Positions 10,305 to 20,373 of a stretch of 64,000 nt of DNA are shown here, piece after piece (the first letter of the stretch is position 1; every line of letters starts with the position of its first letter). Both the position numbers and the translations under genes were made by a program. The stretch comes from Candidatus Obscuribacterales bacterium (GTDB lineage Bacteria; Cyanobacteriota; Vampirovibrionia; Obscuribacterales; Obscuribacteraceae): NCBI GenBank assembly GCA_965228855.1, contig CBDDIJ010000003.1, positions 1,888,001 to 1,952,000 on the forward strand. Reading direction: 5' to 3'. The notes under the pieces were generated by a model. The model had not been told where the DNA came from. It was given only the letters and a program-made list of their open reading frames with translations, and did no database searches.

Positions 10305-13300
10305 ATGAGCAAGAAGATTGTACGGGAAACCAGCTATTTCTCACGTCGCTGGTTTGCAGTGATCGCCGCTTCGTGCGCTGCACTGGCATCAATGCAATCC
10401 GCACAGGCGTCGGAACGGCGAGAAGCCTTCCGTGATTTTCGAGACAACAATCCCGGACTTGCTCGCAACGAAGCACGCAGACTGTTCAACGAGCAATCGG
10501 GCGGCGTATTTCGTCCAATGTCCATCGAAACAGGTAGAAACGCAAACCTTCGGCACGCTATCGTGAACGAGAGTCTATCGCTCCCTCAGCTCGCGGAGCG
10601 CAACAACCGACACAACATCGAAAGCACACGCGCATTGCGAATTTCCAATCAGTCTACCCAAACGGTGGGAGTCTCGACCGTTCGTCTAAACACCGGAATT
10701 AACCTCGACCTATCCTCCACTGAGAGAAACATAACGCTTGGTCAGAAACTGTTTGAGGGTGTCGGCTCCGTTCAAATCACCGTTGGCGGTGAAACCAAGA
10801 CAGTCCAAGCAGGCTCCCAGGTAAGCGCGGCAGAGTATGTTGCGGTCAAGCAAATCCTTGGCGGCGGGTCGCAGGAAATCGGTCTGGACAATGCCGGCCG
10901 GGCTAACGGCGGTCGGTTCGACCTCGCATCGATTACAAATCCTGGCGATAAAATGCGAGCATCCAATTTTGTCCTCCCGGAGAATGTCACCACATATGGT
11001 GACTTCTCGCGTGCATCAGATATTCGTTTGACAGGTGATCTCGATAACCACGGCTCCATTTATGCGATCGCGAGCGAGAAACGCGGCCACAGCGGAACAA
11101 TCCATGCGGATGATATAACGAACCACGAGGGCGCTTTGATTTCATCCAACATCCCTCGAGATCTGGGGCGCGATCTGGGCGCACACGCAAAGCGCGTTGA
11201 TCTAGGGCTGGACGCTTCCGGCGACCTGTTGAACTATGGAACAATTTCGTCGTCCGGCAGTCTCACCCTAACCGCCGGTAGTGGCAATATAACAAACACG
11301 GGTCACGTCGAATCAACGGGCGGCGATATCACTTTTAACGGTTCAGATGCAGTTTTGACCGTTAACAACACAGGTGGAACGGTCGTTGCAAACGGCGGCG
11401 CGATTGGAATTCGTGACGCCTCTTACACGGGTGCGGCTAGCACGTATGTGAGCGGTGGAGATTTTCTCAGCCGTCAATTCAACACAAACGCCGGTCAGGG
11501 AACTACGTACGTCGATGTTAACAGCATCTCCGGACTCGTCAATCAAATCGGAAACGCAGCTCATGTCGAAGTGGCCGGCGGCAACTTAACGATAGGAGAA
11601 GTATGCCTGACAGGCGATCCTACCTATCGAAATCAGACCGGCGCAATTCAAATCACAGGCAACATAAGCGTCGCCGAGGCGCTTACGATAATTGCTAGAA
11701 ACGACATCTTTATAGACAACAACGTCATTATTTCGGCCGGAAATGCTGCTCAGGGATTCAATGTCAATCTAATCGCAGGCGCAAACATCATCGCCACGCT
11801 CGGTGGCGCAGACAGCCTCGTGCTGCCTCCATTGCCGGCAAGTTCGCAGCTGGTAACCTTTGATGGGGCATCTGTTGATGGCGGCTCGATAATCTTCGGC
11901 AGCAACACGCAGATTAATACACGCAGTACTAACATAGGCAATACCAATGGCGGCAGCGTATTGCTCGCCGCTTTTGCCGGCACCAATGGCGGTGGTGGAT
12001 TCATCGATGCATCCTCAACGACAATTTTCACAGGTGGCCGCGGAACTGGCGCAAATGGTTATGTTGATGTCATCGCAGGCGCACAGAACGGCACTGCAAT
12101 TTCGATGGGAACAATAATATCGACTGGCTCAACTGGAGGCGGAGGCGGCGTCAATATCACGACCGCGCAGCCACGCAGTACAAATGGAGATCCAGTTTCG
12201 TACGGTATTAATGGACAGTTGCTTTCAACTGACTTCATAGTTCCCGGCTTGACCGTCACTCCAACAGCATCTGTAAACCTTAAAACTATGCAGGCTTACG
12301 AGTCGATCAGCGTGAAAGCCGGAAATCTGCTTAGCACCAGCCCAGCCACTACCTTGCAAAGCACGAACGGCTCTGTCGGTTTGCAGACAGGGAACTCGAT
12401 AAATCTAGGCAGCGACATCGTCGGTAACAATGTCGTGATGATAGCCGGCAGCGACATCAATATAGCAACTCAGGTCAGCACCAGTGGCGGTGCCGGGCTG
12501 GTATTGATTCAAGCTGGAGATCAACTTTCACTTAGTGGTGTAATATCAGCGCAAAATGATGTAAGCGCTATCGCCTCCTCTATTCAACTGAGCGGCACAG
12601 GCTCAGTGGGCTCTAACAACGGCGATATAACCCTCTCATCTACAAACACGATAATTGGCGGGCTCACTACCCTGGTCAGCGCGCCAAACGGCACGATAAC
12701 CATGTCCAGCGCAGCAGGCAACATTGGAGTCAACTCCGGATTGAAGATGCGCATAGACGGTCAATCATTAAATGCGACCGCTGTTGCCGGTTCAGTATTT
12801 ATTTCTGATATCGGGGGCATCGACGTAGCCAGCGCTACAGCCTCGAATAGAGTTGAAATCTTCTCAGTTGACGGTCTTTCGAACAGCGGTCTGATTTCCG
12901 GAGACATCGTCAATCTTCAATCAACAGCTGACGCGATTACGTTGAATGCCGACGTGGTGGCAGGAACAAGCGCCACATTGAAAGCAAACACTGATTTAGT
13001 CACAGCGGCACCAGCCAGAGTAACAGCTCCTCAGCTCTATTTGAGCGCCACATCCGCAGATATAGGAGGTGGAGGTTTCGCATTGCCCTTTAGAATCAAC
13101 GCTGACAACCTCGTGGTCAGCACACCGACCGGCGGAGCAATCATAAGTGACTCCGACTCCTTAAATTTCGGCGGAGGAAGCACCTTCGTCAACACGTCCC
13201 TGATCGCAATCGCAAACGACGTGATTTCAAACACGAGCATTATCACTGGGAACAGTGTGTCTCTAGCATCGCTTAATTCAACCGTTAATGTCACCAACAC

Positions 13301-14996
13301 CATCAACGGAACAACTTCGGTAACGCTTCAGGCCAACTCGACCATTACGAACTCGAACATTTCGGCGCCTGTCAATACCGAGTTCCTTTCACTCGGATCG
13401 ACCGCTGGTGATGTGGGAACGACGTCCGCGCCGTTCGTGAGCGGAGCCTCCAGAACAGCTGCAGTCGCCTTCAATGGTGATGTCTATCTATCGCTCACGA
13501 ACAACAACGCACGTGTTTCGGGTTCCGCTTTCGGAACATTTGATGCCACCGCCAACGGTTCTCTTCAAGCCCTGAATATCAGCGGCGTCGATGTTCGTCT
13601 GCAAGCAGACGGTGCACTCACGACAGGCACTGGCAATACTGTCACCGCTACGAATCTGCAACTGGTGACCACCGGCGACGTCGGCGAAAATCTCGCAAGC
13701 GACTTCGTTATGAACGCTCAGAACGTTGATATCGCTGCTGGTGCTGCAATATTCGTTGCAAACACAAGTGCAACGCCAGTCACACTGAACAGCGCAGTCT
13801 CGACAGATACGCTTGCTTTTGCGGCTCAGAATGCCAATCTAACGAGCTCCGCCAACTTCTCGCAGAATGAAATCTACCTGCAAACTGGCGGAGTGTTTAG
13901 CCTCTCCGGCAATCTGCAAAACAATGGGGTCATCTCACTCACGTCCGCAGGTGCAATGACGAACGCGCAATTCACCGGAGCAATCTCCACCGACCGCCTC
14001 GCTCTTGAATCAACGAACAGCACGATTGGAACCAACAGCGCATCACCATTTGTTATTGCTGATGGAACAGCCAACATTATCCGCGCGAACAGCCCTGGAT
14101 TAGGTGGAATCTTTATCCAATCTCTGACCACCGATGAAATTGCGTTGACCGAAAGCAGTTCAAATCTTGATGTAAGCTTCGCTGCAGCAGGACCGCTTCG
14201 CATCATTGGCGATATCACGTCAGCAAACGGCAATGTCAACTTGTCGAACCAATCAGGCACTCTGACCGTTTCCAACGGAGTGACTATCTCAGCATTCGAC
14301 CAAATCAATTTGATCAATTCCGGGACAAATAAGAAGACTTCCAAAATTGCAATCGAAGCAGATGCCAATATCGTGACGAACGCCAAAACTGCGGGTCAGG
14401 GCAACGTCACAATCCAATTAGGAGCGCCACAAACGAAGATAGTTTCTAAACCACCGAAGAATGTAGTCTTCGTGGAAAATAATGGCGGCACAGTTGAGGT
14501 CCGAGGCAAAGGTCTCAGGGCTGCAGCGCCTGTAAACACCCTGACCGCTGACGGTGCGACCGTGTTAATAAGCAATGGCATAAACTCTAAGAACCTCACT
14601 CTAGGCGGCAATGTGCAAATTACTGCCGACCCGCAAGTTTCAGTTCCAACACAAAATATAGTCATCGTCAACACCACCACCGGCGGTGACCTATCCGCTT
14701 CGACAGAGCCCTCAGGTTCGATTATTGTAATTGGATCATCCTCATATCTTTCTGATGCAGGTTCGATCATGATCACTTCTGGCGCAAGTTTTGACTTGTC
14801 TACTTCCGTGAACCTATCAATTTCGCCAGCAGCGACGACAATATCTGGAACGAACCTCACGGTAAGCTCTCCGTCAGTCTCAGTCAGCATGCCTGAACCA
14901 ACCACCATCAACTTCGGTGTCGGACCAATCGGGAAAAATGGTATCAAGCGCGGTCAACACGCAAGACACAACAAGAGCCCCAGAAATGGGAAATAG
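10305..14996 (+). CDS. Large exported beta-helical (filamentous haemagglutinin-like) protein
   Basis: RBS AGGAG upstream, signal peptide, and 1563 aa of G/N/T/S/I/V-rich beta-strand repeats (e.g. GTISSSGSLTLTAGSGNITNTG). Confidence 0.8.
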   Translation: MSKKIVRETSYFSRRWFAVIAASCAALASMQSAQASERREAFRDFRDNNPGLARNEARRLFNEQSGGVFRPMSIETGRNANLRHAIVNESLSLPQLAERNNRHNIESTRALRISNQSTQTVGVSTVRLNTGINLDLSSTERNITLGQKLFEGVGSVQITVGGETKTVQAGSQVSAAEYVAVKQILGGGSQEIGLDNAGRANGGRFDLASITNPGDKMRASNFVLPENVTTYGDFSRASDIRLTGDLDNHGSIYAIASEKRGHSGTIHADDITNHEGALISSNIPRDLGRDLGAHAKRVDLGLDASGDLLNYGTISSSGSLTLTAGSGNITNTGHVESTGGDITFNGSDAVLTVNNTGGTVVANGGAIGIRDASYTGAASTYVSGGDFLSRQFNTNAGQGTTYVDVNSISGLVNQIGNAAHVEVAGGNLTIGEVCLTGDPTYRNQTGAIQITGNISVAEALTIIARNDIFIDNNVIISAGNAAQGFNVNLIAGANIIATLGGADSLVLPPLPASSQLVTFDGASVDGGSIIFGSNTQINTRSTNIGNTNGGSVLLAAFAGTNGGGGFIDASSTTIFTGGRGTGANGYVDVIAGAQNGTAISMGTIISTGSTGGGGGVNITTAQPRSTNGDPVSYGINGQLLSTDFIVPGLTVTPTASVNLKTMQAYESISVKAGNLLSTSPATTLQSTNGSVGLQTGNSINLGSDIVGNNVVMIAGSDINIATQVSTSGGAGLVLIQAGDQLSLSGVISAQNDVSAIASSIQLSGTGSVGSNNGDITLSSTNTIIGGLTTLVSAPNGTITMSSAAGNIGVNSGLKMRIDGQSLNATAVAGSVFISDIGGIDVASATASNRVEIFSVDGLSNSGLISGDIVNLQSTADAITLNADVVAGTSATLKANTDLVTAAPARVTAPQLYLSATSADIGGGGFALPFRINADNLVVSTPTGGAIISDSDSLNFGGGSTFVNTSLIAIANDVISNTSIITGNSVSLASLNSTVNVTNTINGTTSVTLQANSTITNSNISAPVNTEFLSLGSTAGDVGTTSAPFVSGASRTAAVAFNGDVYLSLTNNNARVSGSAFGTFDATANGSLQALNISGVDVRLQADGALTTGTGNTVTATNLQLVTTGDVGENLASDFVMNAQNVDIAAGAAIFVANTSATPVTLNSAVSTDTLAFAAQNANLTSSANFSQNEIYLQTGGVFSLSGNLQNNGVISLTSAGAMTNAQFTGAISTDRLALESTNSTIGTNSASPFVIADGTANIIRANSPGLGGIFIQSLTTDEIALTESSSNLDVSFAAAGPLRIIGDITSANGNVNLSNQSGTLTVSNGVTISAFDQINLINSGTNKKTSKIAIEADANIVTNAKTAGQGNVTIQLGAPQTKIVSKPPKNVVFVENNGGTVEVRGKGLRAAAPVNTLTADGATVLISNGINSKNLTLGGNVQITADPQVSVPTQNIVIVNTTTGGDLSASTEPSGSIIVIGSSSYLSDAGSIMITSGASFDLSTSVNLSISPAATTISGTNLTVSSPSVSVSMPEPTTINFGVGPIGKNGIKRGQHARHNKSPRNGK

Positions 14997-15059
14997 GTTT
15001 AAACGGGCACAAATCAACCTGATATATTAGATAGAGATGACTTAGAAGATGGAGCGCCT

Positions 15060-16277
15060 ATGCGAAAACGGTCACCTGGTCACCTTGCGACAGTTATAGC
15101 TTTGCTCGCAGCTTTCAGCTCCACCGCTCTATTACAGGCGGACGCGCGTCAACTTGTCACCGGCTCGCAAAACACCGAGCGCACTAATAAATTAACCGGC
15201 GAGATTCGCTGGCACCGTTCTGTCGGTCAGGCGCAGGAAGACGCCAGGCGGGAAAACAAACTCGTTTTCTGGGTCAATATGTTAGGCACGCTCTCAGGCG
15301 CCACTTGAAGCGCCGGCAATAGCCTGAGGGCCGTGAGCCTCTCACAAGAACCGGCATTCTCCTATTTGAAAAACTATTTTGTCTGTGGATTCACCGACAT
15401 AACCAATCAGGGATACGTGGGAACGTCCGGCAGGCACGAGCGCCAGGGACAGGCGACCGCCACCACGAATGGCGCCGGTCCTCACAACATTCAGATGTTC
15501 ATGCTCGCAAGCGATGGAACCGTTCTCCACTGCCTCCCCGGCTATTGGGACCCACGCGACCTCGCAAAAGAAATGCAGTTCGCATATCAACTTAACAAGG
15601 TCTACGCAGACACCACGTTGAGGCGAAGCGAGAAAGAGCAGCTGTTTAAACAGATGCAAATGAAGCATATCGAACAGCACCCTCCGCAAATGGTCAGACG
15701 CAGCCATATGCAGGGTTTCGATCAACAATACGAGGCGCATTATAAGCTAAACACATCCGACGCCATCCTCGACGCGGCGCTCGCCAAACAAGGAATGGCT
15801 GCCACCGGTCATCCGCCGGGTGAAGCGTTTAAAACCTGCGATGTGCTTATGCACGAGCGCATGGCAAAACGTCCTTTTGTCGCCTTCAGCAGATTCGACG
15901 TCGAGCGCTTCAGCGACTATGGGAAGCCGCATTACGACAAAAACGAGGACCAGATCGACGCATATTCCGGTCGCGAGGTTCGAGATCATCATGACGCTCC
16001 GACAATCGGCGACGCCAGCCAGGGTCGTCGCATGACGCAAGAGCATCAAGCGGCCAACGATGGACAGTCTCATTCAACGCAGTGGGGAGAGTCCGGTTCT
16101 TCAGCCAACGGCGGCTGGGGCGGCAATCAGACATCGCCGGCGGCAACCGGCTGGGGCGCTTCTTCCCGCGCAGCAAACACGACCTGGGGCAACAACACCA
16201 CCATGGCAGCGACTAAAGCGAAGAAACAACAGCAATCGTCTAATGTCAACACGAATTGGAACAAGAAAACTCGCTGA
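15060..16277 (+). CDS. Putative exported selenoprotein, thioredoxin-like/SELENON-like; UGA at 15306-15308 read as Sec83 (405 aa)
   Basis: ORFs 15060..15308 and 15333..16277 share one frame, separated only by TGA and 8 sense codons (...LGTLSGAT-U-SAGNSLRAVSLSQEP...). There is a signal peptide, a Trx-like start (IRWHRSVGQAQEDARRENKLVFW) and a SECIS-like hairpin right after the UGA. Confidence 0.8.
15312..15355 (+). promoter_or_regulatory. Putative bacterial SECIS element
   Basis: Lower stem GCCGG (15312-16)/CCGGC (15351-55); upper stem TGAG-GGC (15325-31)/GCC-T-CTCA (15337-44) with a bulged U; 5-nt apical loop CGUGA (15332-36) starting 23 nt after the UGA, with GU at loop positions 2-3. Confidence 0.7.
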
Positions 16278-16527
16278 TGAGTTAAACGGGAGGCACCTTT
16301 CGTTTTATGCAGGATGCCACCATAAGCGGTATCGGTTTATTTAGAGAACCGAAAGCAGATTAACAAACATTCGTGAATAAGATATCCACTCGATTTAAAT
16401 CCTGCTGCCTATGGATAGTGCGGTATTACGTTTATGAGAATAGTTTTCCCCGGTACTTAACGAAGCCCTAACCCTTGACGGCTATGATTATGAGTGGAAA
16501 GAGCCCCTTCATTTACCACGGCATAAC

Positions 16528-17775
16528 ATGGGTCGATTAGTACAGAAATTTGGCGGCACCTCTCTTGCGGATGTGAGCAAGATCAAAAGCGCGGCAGAAA
16601 TCGCAGTTGCCGCAGCGAAAGAAGGGCACGAAGTCGCGACGGTTGTCTCTGCGATGGGTCATACGACCGACCATCTCATCGGTCTGGCGGACGAAATTAC
16701 GGACGCTCCGAATTCCAGAGAGATGGACATGCTCCTTACAACCGGAGAGCAGGTCTCGATCGCGCTCATGTCGATGGCGATTCAGTCAATGGGCTATCAA
16801 GCTCGTTCTTTCACCGGTTCTCAAGCGGGAATCATCACGGAAAGTAATCACGGCTCAGCCAAGATTCAACAAATTGCGCCACAAGCTGTGGAAGCGAGTT
16901 TGCAACGCGGTGAAATTGCCGTCATTGCAGGCTTCCAGGGTGTGACTTCCGGTAATGAACTGACGACGCTTGGACGCGGCGGTTCGGACACAACTGCGGT
17001 TGCGGTCGCCAGTGCCCTCAGCGCGGATCGATGTGACATCTATACTGATGTCAAAGGCGTCTACACGGCCGACCCCAGACTTCTCAATGAAGCTAGAAAG
17101 TTGAAAGCCGTCAGCTATGAAGAGATGCTGGAGTTGTCCGCCACCGGAGCGCAGGTCCTCGCGGCTCGATCGGTAGAACTGGCTATGGACGCGAATGTTC
17201 CATTGCGCGTTCGTTCGACATTCGAGCCGAAAGACGACGGCACGTTGATCGGTCATCGCATCAACGTTCCCGAATACACTGTTTGCAGCATCGCTTGCGA
17301 TATGACACAAGCAGCGATGACGCTGAAATCGAAGATGATCGATAAATCCAATTCTTCGCTGGACGGCATCGCATCGCTGTTTACACGACTGGAAGAGTTG
17401 AACATCGGCACCGACATGCTCATGCTCCTGGCGCATGAAGACGAGCCATCACAAGAGATGGCGTTCACGATCGATCGCAAGTCGCTTGGACGCGTTCAGA
17501 CGCTCATCGAGTCTTTGAGCCCCGCCCTCGGCAATCCGCGTGTGCATGTCGAAACCGACATTGCCCGCATCTCTGTAGTGGGACGCCGTCTCACTCAGCG
17601 TCCGGAAGTGGTCGCAAGCGTTTTCGAAGCGCTTCAATCAAGCGGAATTCCAGTCAACATGGTTGCGACCGGAGATATGCGCGTGAGCGTTTTGCTTCCG
17701 GCGAAATATGCGCGCGAAGCAGTCAAGCTCATTCACGACCGATTCCGATTGCAGGAAGATTGTTTTATCGCCTGA
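16528..17775 (+). CDS. lysC: Aspartate kinase with C-terminal ACT domains
   Basis: VQKFGGTS, VVSAMG, TTLGRGGSDTTA, IYTDVKGVYTADPR. Confidence 0.95.
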   Translation: MGRLVQKFGGTSLADVSKIKSAAEIAVAAAKEGHEVATVVSAMGHTTDHLIGLADEITDAPNSREMDMLLTTGEQVSIALMSMAIQSMGYQARSFTGSQAGIITESNHGSAKIQQIAPQAVEASLQRGEIAVIAGFQGVTSGNELTTLGRGGSDTTAVAVASALSADRCDIYTDVKGVYTADPRLLNEARKLKAVSYEEMLELSATGAQVLAARSVELAMDANVPLRVRSTFEPKDDGTLIGHRINVPEYTVCSIACDMTQAAMTLKSKMIDKSNSSLDGIASLFTRLEELNIGTDMLMLLAHEDEPSQEMAFTIDRKSLGRVQTLIESLSPALGNPRVHVETDIARISVVGRRLTQRPEVVASVFEALQSSGIPVNMVATGDMRVSVLLPAKYAREAVKLIHDRFRLQEDCFIA

Positions 17776-17940
17776 CCGGATCGCGACAAACGTTCAATTC
17801 AGCAGAAAAACAGTACATAAGCATCATCGACGTATATACTTCGCTTGAAGGCGTCGGGAAAAACTTTGCGCGACCGCTGTATATACGGTATTCTTAGTTT
17901 GGCGAGAAGAGCCCGTCACCCCGAGCTAGTGGAAAGAACA

Positions 17941-18318
17941 ATGGCCAAATTCGATAGCATCTTCGACAAAGTAAAATCAGCCGCCGGCAAGGTTGCGGAT
18001 CAAACCAATAAAGCCGCCAAACTCGGCAAGTTGAAGATGAATGTGGTGACGCTCAATACAGAGAAGAATAAACACCTTCAAGCAATCGGTTTGCGAGTGT
18101 ACACGCTGCTCGAGGAGAACAGCGCGATTGACGGCAATGTCATCAAAGAAAAGATCAAAGACGAGATGAGTTCCATAGAACGCATTGATGGAAAACTGAG
18201 AGACATTGAAGAAGAGATTGCTGACCTGCAAACCAACACTCAGCACGTAGATGTTGATGACGTCACGGATGACGAAGACGAAGATGAGGATGAAGACGAG
18301 GACGAAAAGCAAAGTTAA
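17941..18318 (+). CDS. Small coiled-coil protein with acidic tail
   Basis: Probable start ATG 17941 (MAKFDSIFDKVK); helical heptads; DDEDEDEDEDE C-terminus. Confidence 0.7.
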   Translation: MAKFDSIFDKVKSAAGKVADQTNKAAKLGKLKMNVVTLNTEKNKHLQAIGLRVYTLLEENSAIDGNVIKEKIKDEMSSIERIDGKLRDIEEEIADLQTNTQHVDVDDVTDDEDEDEDEDEDEKQS

Positions 18319-18356
18319 TCGTCTTATCTGTCACGCCCTGCATTCGGATCAATTTT

Positions 18357-18917
18357 ATGCCTTATACAAACAAAAAACGATTAGCCGCTAACTTAGTTTT
18401 GGCTGCTGCCGCCACCGCATTTTTCGCAGAAGGGGCGCTTGCTGACTCAATTTCACCGAACATTAGCGATGCCGGAAAAGTCTATTCGACCGAGAAAGCG
18501 GACTCAGCGTATTTCGGGACCGGAACAGCATCGAAGCTCAGCGAAGCTTCGGCACTGCGGTTTCAAGCAGATCGACTCACCAGCGATGGCGAGATCGACA
18601 AGGCTATCAAAGTCCTGGCAAAAGCTGTTCAATTCGACCCGGAGGATCCATCCGGTCACATCATGCTGGCTCGCGCCATGACGCAGAAGATTCGCTCGAA
18701 TCGCAGCAAAGAAATCGACTGGGAAATGTATGGTCAGTGCATGGACGAATGGAATCTGATCGCCAAACATGATGCCGATCACACTGAGCAATTAGAAGCA
18801 CGCAATGCTATTACAGCGTTGAAAAAACTTGCCAAAGATCAAGTTCTCAAAGCAAAAGGCAAACAGCCTAAGCGCTCACGACTTGCTGCGTTGAACCCTC
18901 TCAACAGGTTTAAGTAA
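18357..18917 (+). CDS. Exported TPR-like protein
   Basis: Signal peptide ending ALA; TPR-like segment GEIDKAIKVLAKAVQFDPEDPSGHIMLARA. Confidence 0.7.
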   Translation: MPYTNKKRLAANLVLAAAATAFFAEGALADSISPNISDAGKVYSTEKADSAYFGTGTASKLSEASALRFQADRLTSDGEIDKAIKVLAKAVQFDPEDPSGHIMLARAMTQKIRSNRSKEIDWEMYGQCMDEWNLIAKHDADHTEQLEARNAITALKKLAKDQVLKAKGKQPKRSRLAALNPLNRFK

Positions 18918-18927
18918 ACCGAAAGTT

Positions 18928-20373
18928 ATGGCGGGCAACATCCAGCCGCGACTAAGCCTGGCGCAGAGCGCATGGATCATCGTCCTTGTACCTGCGCTAG
19001 TCGGAATCATTTTTGCCATCGGGCTCGGCAAACTCAGTTTGGATATCGAGAAAACAGTGCGCGAGCGCGCAAGCGTAGCGTACAAGGTCAACATGATCAA
19101 CCAGTTGATGGAGCTTCTTGCTGGTCAGATGGAAGCATACATCGATTGGCACACGCAAACTGAAGCCAAGCAAAAAAGATTAGACGACCTTTCTGAAGGC
19201 GTCATTCAGCAGCTGCACAAACTTAAGGCACTGGCCGCGGACGATCCTGAGCTGTTATCGATAACAGATAGCGGATTGAAGATTGCCAATCAACTCGCAA
19301 AAGAAAATCACCAACCGATCTCATCGAAGCGCGCTGCAAAAAAGCTTGCGCAAAGAGTCATCACTTTGCACACACCGATGCAGAGAGCGTTAAACCGGCT
19401 CTATGAAAGGATTACCGCGTCCACAGAAGTCGAGACTGAACAGCGAGAGAAGATGGCAATCATCACGATTGTCATAGGAATTCTTTTGAGTTCCGCAATT
19501 TCCGGTGTCATGTTCGCTCTGTTTTCGAGGCGTGTCGCAAAACGTTTAAACATCCTGAAAGAGAATGCTGCCGATCTTGCTGCCGGTATTCAAGTTGGCG
19601 CCAAGCTCTCCGGAAATGACGAATTGAATAAAGTCGAAGACGAACTGGTGTCACTATCTCAAGAGCTGCATGTTGCTCGTCAACGCAAGCAAGAATTTCT
19701 TTCTATGATCGGGCACGATCTTCGCTCGCCTTTAACCTCATTGCAGATGACCCTGGAGATGTACGCCAATGGCGTATACGGCGAACTCGACGAAGTTCTT
19801 CAGCACGATGTCGACAAACACCTTAGTGATATGAGACAGCTTGTCGTTTTCATAAGCGACTTGCTGGACCTGGAAAAATTGGAAGCAGGATCTATAGAAT
19901 TGAATCCAGGACCGCTTAAAATCAGCACTCTATTCGATAATGTGAAAGAGAACCTACCGGCGGGGATAGGACAAAACCCGGACAATTTTGAAGTAATCGA
20001 TTGGGAGAGGCCGATACAGACCTTCGGAGATCCTGATCGTCTAGAAATCGCTTTAAACAGGGTCGTGATGAGTTGCCTGCTGGACACACCAGGACCAGTG
20101 CGCATGCGCGCTTCGGATATTCCCGAGCAATCAAAAATTCTAGTCACTGTTGAGACGCGACCCGGACAAAACCGTTTATTCTCAGAAGGCGTGATCTTCG
20201 ATCGATTTGAAGTTGACGTCGGCAAACAGATTCTGTTCAAATCATTCAGGCACTCTCTGGCTCTAGCCCGCGAGTTGATTAGAATGCAGGGCGGCGACAT
20301 TGATGTGTCACATCAACCGAATTCCGTTCGCTTCAACATATCGCTGAAGCGCTGGCGGGAGGGCATGCAGTGA
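18928..20373 (+). CDS. Membrane sensor histidine kinase-like protein: intact H-box, degenerate ATP-binding domain
   Basis: Two TM segments and a HAMP-like linker; H-box FLSMIGHDLRSPL; N, G1 and G2 boxes lost (LNRVVMSC; VETRPGQ; FRHSLAL). Confidence 0.85.
   Translation: MAGNIQPRLSLAQSAWIIVLVPALVGIIFAIGLGKLSLDIEKTVRERASVAYKVNMINQLMELLAGQMEAYIDWHTQTEAKQKRLDDLSEGVIQQLHKLKALAADDPELLSITDSGLKIANQLAKENHQPISSKRAAKKLAQRVITLHTPMQRALNRLYERITASTEVETEQREKMAIITIVIGILLSSAISGVMFALFSRRVAKRLNILKENAADLAAGIQVGAKLSGNDELNKVEDELVSLSQELHVARQRKQEFLSMIGHDLRSPLTSLQMTLEMYANGVYGELDEVLQHDVDKHLSDMRQLVVFISDLLDLEKLEAGSIELNPGPLKISTLFDNVKENLPAGIGQNPDNFEVIDWERPIQTFGDPDRLEIALNRVVMSCLLDTPGPVRMRASDIPEQSKILVTVETRPGQNRLFSEGVIFDRFEVDVGKQILFKSFRHSLALARELIRMQGGDIDVSHQPNSVRFNISLKRWREGMQ

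Noticed and set aside
15306..15308. Genome-wide UGA reassignment (code 4 or 25) as the explanation for the in-frame TGA
   Set aside because: Conserved genes such as lysC end at TGA at their expected C-termini, and no other intact gene is interrupted by TGA.
16278..16527. Lysine riboswitch upstream of lysC
   Set aside because: I could not find the conserved L-box segments or a terminator; an Rfam scan would settle it.
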